DNA of 36,148 nucleotides, from the NCBI GenBank assembly GCA_964588735.1, contig CAZPQF010000001.1, positions 7,273 through 43,420 of the forward strand, read 5' to 3'. A program made the position numbers and the translations under genes. The stretch comes from Candidatus Woesearchaeota archaeon (GTDB lineage Archaea > Nanobdellota > Nanobdellia > Pacearchaeales > GW2011-AR1). Below are positions 9,739 through 17,052 of the stretch, piece after piece. The stretch's first letter is position 1, and each line of letters begins with the position of its first letter. The notes under the pieces are model-generated. The model was given only the letters and a program-made list of their open reading frames with translations, did no database searches and was not told where the DNA came from.

Positions 9739-10980
9739 ATGCAAACATATAATTCTGAATTATGTGCAAGATGTAAAGGAAGAGGTTATTGCGGTAGAAA
9801 ATGTCCTATTTTAACAAATATTAAACAATTTCTTCCAAAATCTAAATTACATTTCTCAGGTTCATCTCCTCCAGAAATTTTTGTTGGACGTTATGGGTAT
9901 CCAAATATCAATACAGGTGTTTTATCCCCTCAACAATATGGTTCTAATGAAATTTTTTCATCACCGGAAGAATGGTTTAAGAAAAAAGCAACAATAGAAG
10001 AAATTTTATCATACAGAGGAAAATTAATTTATGGGAAATTTAAAACAAAAATTAAAGATGCTAAAAATCCAACAACAAATACTTCAAAAAGATTTATTTC
10101 AGTTTTACAAGAAGTTTCAATGGCTAAAAAATCTACTTCTACTGAGTTTTTTTTAAAAAAACCAATGCACTTTAATATTCATTTAAACAAACACATACCA
10201 ATTATAGGAAATCCTGCTCCAATAAAGAATATAAGATTAGAAGAAAACCCTAAAATAGAAAAAAAAGTTGATTATGTAGTTGGAGATGATGAATTAAAAT
10301 CAAAACAAGGAATTAAAGAACTTTACAAATCAAAAATAAATACAAGCAACATAATAAAAATTTTATCTGCGGGACTTCTAGGATTAAGAATAAATAGAAA
10401 ATTTGTTCCAACAAGATGGGCGATAACAGCAGTAGATGATACTCTTTCTAAAGAATTTTTAAAAAAAATAAAATTTTATCCGGAAATAAATAATATTTTA
10501 TTATTTAAATCAGATTATATAGGAAACCATTATGAATTTTTACTTTTACCAGATAAGTTTTCTTTTGAAGTTATTGAGGCAAAAATGCCAAAAAGTGTTT
10601 GGAATCCTGCTGGCTCACAAAGTTATGTAATGCAAGATTATGAATCATTTAATGGAAGAAAAAAATATGCAGAAAATGTTACAGGAGCATATTATACAAA
10701 TCGCTTAGCTGTTTGTGAATATTTAGAAAAAATAAAACATCAGGCATCTTGTTTAGTTTTAAGAGAATGCAGACCAGAATATTGGGCTCCACTGGGTGTG
10801 GGAATTTTAAGAGAAGCAAGCAGAGAAGCATTTAAACAAAAACCAGAAAAGTGCCAGTCAATTAAAGAAGCTTTAAAACAAATACAAACCCGTTTAAAAC
10901 TTCCAATTAAAGTTTTTAAAGAAAACTCTCAATTATTAAAAGAATACAAAAAACAAACACGTCTAACTAAGTTCTTTTAA
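9739..10980 (+). CDS. nreA: NreA-like archaeal DNA-repair protein (COG1602 / DUF650-DUF651 type) with a C-terminal PIP box
   Basis: The N-terminal motif CARCKGRGYCGRKCPIL is typical of the Nre family. The C-terminus QTRLTKFF fits the PCNA-interaction consensus Qxx[LIM]xx[FY][FY]. Confidence 0.6.
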   Translation: MQTYNSELCARCKGRGYCGRKCPILTNIKQFLPKSKLHFSGSSPPEIFVGRYGYPNINTGVLSPQQYGSNEIFSSPEEWFKKKATIEEILSYRGKLIYGKFKTKIKDAKNPTTNTSKRFISVLQEVSMAKKSTSTEFFLKKPMHFNIHLNKHIPIIGNPAPIKNIRLEENPKIEKKVDYVVGDDELKSKQGIKELYKSKINTSNIIKILSAGLLGLRINRKFVPTRWAITAVDDTLSKEFLKKIKFYPEINNILLFKSDYIGNHYEFLLLPDKFSFEVIEAKMPKSVWNPAGSQSYVMQDYESFNGRKKYAENVTGAYYTNRLAVCEYLEKIKHQASCLVLRECRPEYWAPLGVGILREASREAFKQKPEKCQSIKEALKQIQTRLKLPIKVFKENSQLLKEYKKQTRLTKFF

Positions 10981-11025
10981 GTTAAATAAAAAAATAAAAT
11001 AAAAATAACAAAAATATTTTTAGAA

Positions 11026-11217
11026 TTATTTGAATACCTTAACTAATGCATAAATACCGCATAGAGCAATCACATAATAAACTACAGATTCTACAGTTGC
11101 TCCAGCCCAGCTACCAACTAACAGACTAACTAAATTATAGTTAAGTTCAGCAAGTCCCCAATTAATAGCTCCAATAGCTGTCAATACTAATGCTGTTTTT
11201 TCAAGTCCTTTGTTCAT
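11026..11217 (-). CDS. DUF378-family small membrane protein
   Basis: The AIGAINWGL...NLV signature and two TM helices. Confidence 0.55.
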   Translation of the reverse strand: MNKGLEKTALVLTAIGAINWGLAELNYNLVSLLVGSWAGATVESVVYYVIALCGIYALVKVFK

Positions 11218-11299
11218 TTTTACCTCCTTTTACCTCTTTTATAATAATAATATTAAATTTTTATTATTTTTAAATATAACGATAATTAAATTTTTTTAT

Positions 11300-11926
11300 T
11301 TATGGTAAAATAAACATTAAAATTCCTTCAATAATAGCAGCAATAACTAAAAGAGGAATAATAATATATAAAAAAACCCTTAGACCCTCAATAAATCTTC
11401 TTTTTAATTCTTTTGTGCTATTTTTCCCACTAAAAATAAACATACCTAATTTTAGTCCTAATCCTAAACTCATTATTAAAGCAGGAATTTCAAAGATACC
11501 GTGGGGGAATAATCTTAATAAAATACTGACTCCTTGAATTTCCACTGTTTTTGACATTATATATCCAATAACATATCCATTAATTGCGGCATTAATAACT
11601 GAAAAAATCCCTAAAAAAATTCCGAAAACTAATCCAAAAAAAGCACTCCTTAAATTATTATTAAATAAAAAAGCAACCATATCATAAACCCCAAAATTTT
11701 CAGTTTTTAATAATAGTTCTTTTAAAAAATCTTGAATAAAATTAACTAAAATAGGAACATGAAAAGCAGCTCCTATAAATATAAAGAATAAAAAAATACC
11801 TGCAATTATATAAAAATAATTCAGACTTTCCCATAAATAAGAAAAACATTTAGGATAATTCCTAAGTATGGATGAATTATCAATATTTTTTCTAAAATTA
11901 CTTTTTCCTCTTTTTTTCTTTATCAT
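11300..11926 (-). CDS. SpoIIM/DUF95-like integral membrane protein
   Basis: Polytopic membrane protein with the FPHGIFEIPALIMS motif typical of the stage II sporulation protein M family. Confidence 0.6.
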   Translation of the reverse strand: MIKKKRGKSNFRKNIDNSSILRNYPKCFSYLWESLNYFYIIAGIFLFFIFIGAAFHVPILVNFIQDFLKELLLKTENFGVYDMVAFLFNNNLRSAFFGLVFGIFLGIFSVINAAINGYVIGYIMSKTVEIQGVSILLRLFPHGIFEIPALIMSLGLGLKLGMFIFSGKNSTKELKRRFIEGLRVFLYIIIPLLVIAAIIEGILMFILP

Positions 11927-11936
11927 TCTATAAAGT

Positions 11937-12608
11937 TTATCTAAAATATCTACTAATCATACGTGCTTTTCTTTTATATTTCTTTTTAATATATAATCCA
12001 AAAATTAATCCGCATAATAAACCCCCTAAATGAGCACTATTGCCTATGGGTAATCCTCCGACTGCAGAAAAAAAAGCTAAAACACCCATTAAAAAGACCA
12101 TTGCAGCCCACATAGGCATTGGAACAATAAAAAATACAAGAACTGGAAGTCTAGGAGTTAAAATTGCTAATAAGCCGCCTAATCCAAAAATAGCTCCGCT
12201 TGCACCTACAGCAAAAGTATTAGGACTGCCAAAAAGACTTATTCCTAATTCAGTATTGCCAAAAGCATAAGACATAGCAATAAATAATAATGAAGCAACT
12301 AATCCAGCTATTAAATAAAAAGATAAAAATCTCTTTCTCCCAATTAATTTTTCCACAAAATTCCCAATAAAAAGTAAAGAGATCATATTAACAAACAAAT
12401 GAGAAATACTTCCATGCATGAACATACTTGTAATAATTGTCCAAATATATTTTCCATTCATAACATTTGAAGGATTTAAAGCAATATAATTAATGAAACT
12501 TTCATTTGAAATAATTATTGGATAAAAAATAAAAAAGAAAATAACATTTATAATTATAATCCAATTAGTATAACTTAATCCCTTTGAACTAAAAAAACCC
12601 GGACTCAT
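11937..12608 (-). CDS. Rhomboid-family intramembrane serine protease
   Basis: Motifs seen: HGSISHLFVNM, GASGAIFG (GxSG), AHLGGLLCG. Its start overlaps the TGA stop of the TFE gene (ATGA overlap). Confidence 0.85.
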   Translation of the reverse strand: MSPGFFSSKGLSYTNWIIIINVIFFFIFYPIIISNESFINYIALNPSNVMNGKYIWTIITSMFMHGSISHLFVNMISLLFIGNFVEKLIGRKRFLSFYLIAGLVASLLFIAMSYAFGNTELGISLFGSPNTFAVGASGAIFGLGGLLAILTPRLPVLVFFIVPMPMWAAMVFLMGVLAFFSAVGGLPIGNSAHLGGLLCGLIFGLYIKKKYKRKARMISRYFR

Positions 12609-13525
12609 TTTTTCTTTTTCCTACTTGATTTTTTCTTAGTTTTCTTAGTCTTTTTCCTGGCAGGTTTTTTAGACTTTTTTTTCTTAGACTTACTTTTCTC
12701 AAATTTTAATTTTGGTTTCTTTTTTACAGACTTTTTCTTACTAGATTTCTTCTTAGATTTTAATTTGGGTTTCTTTTTTACAGACTTTTTCTTTTTCTTA
12801 CTAAATTTATCTTTATTTTTCTTAACAGTTTTTTTCTTTTTGACCAGTTTAATAATTTTTTTTATTTTCTTTTTCTCTTTTTTAGGAACTTTTTTCTTTT
12901 TCTCTTTTTCAGATTTTTTTGTTTTTTTCCTGGATTTTCTTCTCCTTTTTTTTCTTTTTTTAGCTTTCTTTTTTTCTCTTTCAAATTTCTTTCTAGATTT
13001 TTCTTCTATTTCTGAAATTTTTGAATTAACAAAGTCTAAATCTTTTTTTAAATTATTTAAATTTTTTTCTAAATCTCTTATAACTTTAGCATCATCATGC
13101 AATTCATAAACCTTTCCGCATTCAGGGCATGTAAAATTATGAAAAAGAGCATTCTCTTCTGTAATTTCTATTCCACAAGTTTTACAAACATAAAAAGTTT
13201 TTTGTTTTCTGCTAGTTAATTGATTCTTTAATTGCTCTATTTCTTTTTCTAATATTTTCCTAATAAAATATAAAGACTTATCTAATTCAATAGTCCAAAA
13301 ATAAGTATACCATCCCTTTCTTTTATCTTTTTTTCTAGTAAAAGAAACTAATCCGTGTTCAGAAAGTTTGTATAATATATTTCTTACTTGATTTATAGTC
13401 ATATCTAATTTTTTTGCAATTAAGAATTCATTTACATTTTTCTTTCCATATAATAAATCTACGATATCCATAGCAGGTTTTCCACCAATAGTGGATACAA
13501 CATCATTAAGAAGTTTTTTATGCAT
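12605..13525 (-). CDS. tfe: Transcription factor E (TFE alpha-like: winged helix plus zinc ribbon) with a ~130-aa lysine-rich C-terminal tail
   Basis: Winged-helix segment FLIAKKLDMTINQVRNILYKLSEHGLVSF..KGWYTYFWTI. Zinc ribbon CKTCG...CPECG. Residues ~176-306 are almost pure K/S/R/P. Confidence 0.75.
   Translation of the reverse strand: MHKKLLNDVVSTIGGKPAMDIVDLLYGKKNVNEFLIAKKLDMTINQVRNILYKLSEHGLVSFTRKKDKRKGWYTYFWTIELDKSLYFIRKILEKEIEQLKNQLTSRKQKTFYVCKTCGIEITEENALFHNFTCPECGKVYELHDDAKVIRDLEKNLNNLKKDLDFVNSKISEIEEKSRKKFEREKKKAKKRKKRRRKSRKKTKKSEKEKKKKVPKKEKKKIKKIIKLVKKKKTVKKNKDKFSKKKKKSVKKKPKLKSKKKSSKKKSVKKKPKLKFEKSKSKKKKSKKPARKKTKKTKKKSSRKKKK
12703..12792. repeat. Two ~36-nt near-identical direct repeats with a 54-nt period inside the TFE tail coding region
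   Basis: The sequence attttaattt(t/g)ggtttcttttttacagactttttct occurs at 12703-12738 and 12757-12792. It encodes KKKSVKKKPKLK twice. Confidence 0.8.
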
Positions 13526-13619
13526 TAAAAAATCTGTATATACATAAATAAATATCTTTCGCTTTTTCTGTTACTATTACGTAATTAGGGCAAAGGTATT
13601 TATATAATTTTAAGAATTT

Positions 13620-14270
13620 ATGATTATGGTCTGGCCGTTTAAAAGTAAAAAAGAAAAGAAAAAAGAGGTTAAAGAGGAAGAAAAAACAGAATTACCTGAA
13701 TTACCCCCCTTACCAGAAGTAAAACTTCCTGAATTACCAAACAAAAATCAACTATCTAAAGAAACTTCAGAACAGGAGCAACAACAACTCAAACAGAATC
13801 AAATACAATTACCGCAACAAACCACAACCCAATTATCGCAACAAAATCAAAATTCAAAAATTCCAGAACCTCCTTCTAAAATTCAAGAACCAATAGCAAG
13901 AATACCAAAAAATCAGCAAATTCAGCCACAACAAAATCAAACACATTTAACAAAAGAAATAGGAAATAATGAAACTCCTAATTTTCAAACATTACAAAAA
14001 AGAGGGTTTAAAACATCAGCATCACAAATGCCGTCTACAATTAAAGGAAAATTAGATGAACCAGTTTATGTTAGAATTGATAAATTTGAAACAGCAATAA
14101 GAGAATTTGATCAAATAAAAGATAGAGTAAGAGAAATTGACAGAATTTTATCAGAAATAAGAGATGTAAAAACAAGAGAAGAACATGAATTAAAAATATG
14201 GGAAGACGAAGTTAAAGAAATAAAAGAAAAAATATCATCTGTAGAAAAAAGTATATTTTCTAAAATATAA
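13620..14270 (+). CDS. Hypothetical protein with a Q/P-rich low-complexity N-terminal half and a coiled-coil C-terminal domain
   Basis: 216-aa ORF. The C-terminus reads DEPVYVRIDKFETAIREFDQIKDRVREIDRILSEIRDVKTREEHELKIWEDEVKEIKEKI. I cannot name a family. Confidence 0.5.
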   Translation: MIMVWPFKSKKEKKKEVKEEEKTELPELPPLPEVKLPELPNKNQLSKETSEQEQQQLKQNQIQLPQQTTTQLSQQNQNSKIPEPPSKIQEPIARIPKNQQIQPQQNQTHLTKEIGNNETPNFQTLQKRGFKTSASQMPSTIKGKLDEPVYVRIDKFETAIREFDQIKDRVREIDRILSEIRDVKTREEHELKIWEDEVKEIKEKISSVEKSIFSKI

Positions 14271-14291
14271 AAAACCTTGATTTAAAATAAA

Positions 14292-14774
14292 ATGACAAAT
14301 CCTGTTCATATAAAATTAGATTATAATAAATCTCTAAAATCAAAAAAATATCTGCTTTCTTTAGAAGCAAATTTATTAAATAGCATCAAAAGAATGAGAA
14401 TGTTTCATTTAGCAAGAAAAAGAGAATTAAGATTAAAAACATCTTTAAGATGGAGATTAAAAAAATTAATAAAAGACTTAAATCAATTGAAAAAAGCTCT
14501 TCCTACAGATGAATTCAAAAAAACAAAGTACGTTAAAGAAAATATATTGTTTGAAGAAACTGAACCAGAAACATTAGGAAAAAATGAAGAAAACAGAAAA
14601 AAAATAATTGACAGAATAAGAAAAAAACAGAAAAAAACCCCAAAAAGAAAATTAAGAACAAAGAAAAAATCCGGGAAAAAGAGACAATCTAAAAAAACTG
14701 TAAGAATTGATGAAGACCTTGAAAAAGAATTAAAAGAAATTACAGAAAAACTTAAAGCCTTGAATAAAAAATAG
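14292..14774 (+). CDS. Hypothetical basic coiled-coil protein
   Basis: 160-aa ORF starting 21 nt after the previous gene. It has an N-terminal helical region and a K/R-rich middle. No family recognised. Confidence 0.5.
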   Translation: MTNPVHIKLDYNKSLKSKKYLLSLEANLLNSIKRMRMFHLARKRELRLKTSLRWRLKKLIKDLNQLKKALPTDEFKKTKYVKENILFEETEPETLGKNEENRKKIIDRIRKKQKKTPKRKLRTKKKSGKKRQSKKTVRIDEDLEKELKEITEKLKALNKK

Positions 14775-14851
14775 AAATAATTCTAATAATTAATAATCTT
14801 TTTTTAAAATAATTAAATTTTAAAACTAACTAATATTATATACAATATAAG

Positions 14852-16600
14852 ATGATTAAATTAAACCGCAAACAATTAATTGAAAAATACATTAAATTTT
14901 TTCAGTCTAAAGACCATAAAAAACTTCCGAACTCATCTCTTATTCCAGAAAATGATCCCACAGTATTATTTACAACAGCTGGAATGCAGCCTTTAGTTCC
15001 TTATTTATTGGGGCAAAAACATCCTTTAGGAAAACGTCTCTGTTCTGTTCAAAGATGTATAAGAACAGGAGATATAAAAGAAGTAGGAGACTCTGTTCAT
15101 TTAACTTTTTTTGAGATGTTGGGAAATTGGAGTTTAGGAGATTATTTTAAAAAACAGGCAATAGAAATGAGTTTTGAATTTTTAACAAAACAATTAAAAA
15201 TTCCAAAAGAAAAAATCGCTGTCACTTGTTTTAAAGGGCTTAAAGAAAAAGGAGAAAAAATTCCAAAAGATGAAGAGGCTGCAAAAATTTGGCAATCATT
15301 AGGAATTAAAAAAAATAAAATTAAATTTTTAGGAAAAAAAGATAATTGGTGGGGGCCAGCAGGCAAAACAGGACCTTGCGGACCTGATACAGAAATGTTT
15401 TATATAACAAAAAAGGGGAAAGAAATAGAAATATGGAATGATGTTTTTATGCAATATAATAAAATAGCTTCAGGGGAGTATAAAGAATTAAAACAAAAAA
15501 ATGTAGACACAGGAATGGGAGTAGAAAGAACAATTGCAATTCTAAATAATATAGATGATATATATAAAACAGAGGTTTTTCTTCCAATAATTAAACAAAT
15601 AGAAAAACTTTCTGAAAAATCTTATGCAAAATCTGATAAAGAAACAAAAAGAGCAATGAGGATAATTGCAGACCATATTAAAGCTTCTGTTTTTATTTTA
15701 ACAGAAAAAATTCCTCCTTCAAACACAGAACAAGGATATGTTTTAAGAAGATTAATTAGAAGAAGTATAAGACATGGAAAATTCCTAGAAATAGAAAAGA
15801 ATTTCACAAAACAACTCGCACAAGAAGTTATCAAAATATACGACGATTACCTAGAATTAAAAAATAAAAAAAATAAAAAATTTATTTTAAATGAAATTGA
15901 AAAAGAAGAGAATAAATTTAGGAATACATTAGAAAAAGGGCTTAATAAACTTAAAAAATTAACATCAAAAACAAAAAAACTTTCAGGAAAAAATGCTTTT
16001 TTATTATATCAAAGTTTTGGATTTCCAAAAGAAATGATAATAGAAGAGACTAAAAAAAATAAAATCAAATTTGATGAAAAAGATTTTGACAAAGAACTTA
16101 AAAAACACCAAAAATTATCAAGAACGGCTACACAAGGCAAATTTAAATCAGGATTAGCAGATAAAACTAAACAAACAACAAAACTTCACACAGCAACTCA
16201 TTTATTATTAACAGCACTTCGTTCAGTTTTAAAAGATGATAAAATAGAACAAAAAGGTTCAAATATAACTGCAGAAAGATTAAGATTTGATTTTAATTTT
16301 CCAAGAAAATTAACAAAAGAGGAGATTAAAAAAATAGAGGATTTTGTCAATAAAATAATAAAAACAGGATGTAGTGTTGAAAAACAAGAAATGAAAAAAC
16401 AAAGAGCAATAAAACTTACAAAAGCAAGTTTTGAACACAAATATCCAGATATTGTAACTGTTTATAAAATAGGAAATTATAGTGAAGAAATTTGTGCAGG
16501 CCCACATGTTAAATCTTTATGTGAATTAGGACATTTTAAAATAATAAAAGAAGAATCTTCTTCTGCAGGTATTAGAAGAATTAAAGCAATTTTAGAATAA
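14852..16600 (+). CDS. alaS: Alanyl-tRNA synthetase, minimal 582-aa form (catalytic, tRNA-recognition and editing domains, no C-Ala domain)
   Basis: Motifs seen: DPTVLFTTAGMQP, QRCIRTGD..VGD..HLTFFEMLGNWSLGDYFK, GPCGPDTEMFY, VDTGMGVERT, editing-site HTATHLL and CAGPHV. The ORF stops right after SAGIRRIKAILE. Confidence 0.9.
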   Translation: MIKLNRKQLIEKYIKFFQSKDHKKLPNSSLIPENDPTVLFTTAGMQPLVPYLLGQKHPLGKRLCSVQRCIRTGDIKEVGDSVHLTFFEMLGNWSLGDYFKKQAIEMSFEFLTKQLKIPKEKIAVTCFKGLKEKGEKIPKDEEAAKIWQSLGIKKNKIKFLGKKDNWWGPAGKTGPCGPDTEMFYITKKGKEIEIWNDVFMQYNKIASGEYKELKQKNVDTGMGVERTIAILNNIDDIYKTEVFLPIIKQIEKLSEKSYAKSDKETKRAMRIIADHIKASVFILTEKIPPSNTEQGYVLRRLIRRSIRHGKFLEIEKNFTKQLAQEVIKIYDDYLELKNKKNKKFILNEIEKEENKFRNTLEKGLNKLKKLTSKTKKLSGKNAFLLYQSFGFPKEMIIEETKKNKIKFDEKDFDKELKKHQKLSRTATQGKFKSGLADKTKQTTKLHTATHLLLTALRSVLKDDKIEQKGSNITAERLRFDFNFPRKLTKEEIKKIEDFVNKIIKTGCSVEKQEMKKQRAIKLTKASFEHKYPDIVTVYKIGNYSEEICAGPHVKSLCELGHFKIIKEESSSAGIRRIKAILE

Positions 16601-16614
16601 AACCATCAGAACTA

Positions 16615-17043
16615 TCAAAGAGTCAAACTTTTTAAATTAAATTTTTTAGGATGTAAATGTTCTTCACAATTTCTTTTAATAAAACCTTCTGAAAATTCAA
16701 TCTGTTTAGAATTAAGATTTCTTTTTATAAAGGCTGGTTCAATATATTTTCCGCAATATTCATCATGATGTTGTATTTCTTGATTATTAACCCAATACAT
16801 AACCACTTTTGCAGGATCTCCATTATGGGTTAAATAAGCACAATCTCTCCACCAAACATATTGTATAAATTCATAATGTTCATAACTTGGCCAATCAACA
16901 TTTTCTTTTAAAAAATCAATTAAAGAATCAGAAGACATCCCTGGATTTAAAGATGAAGTATTAATACCGTGTTCTTCTAATTTATTCACTAATAAATTAT
17001 AAAAATAATCTCTCTTATTTTGTGTATGATTATTTTCAGTCAT
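16615..17043 (-). CDS. Hypothetical protein (142 aa, His/Cys/Trp-rich), directly downstream of leuS
   Basis: The ORF starts 10 nt after the leuS stop on the same strand. No family recognised. It ends TGA-TAG. Confidence 0.5.
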   Translation of the reverse strand: MTENNHTQNKRDYFYNLLVNKLEEHGINTSSLNPGMSSDSLIDFLKENVDWPSYEHYEFIQYVWWRDCAYLTHNGDPAKVVMYWVNNQEIQHHDEYCGKYIEPAFIKRNLNSKQIEFSEGFIKRNCEEHLHPKKFNLKSLTL

Positions 17044-17052
17044 TTTTATTTC

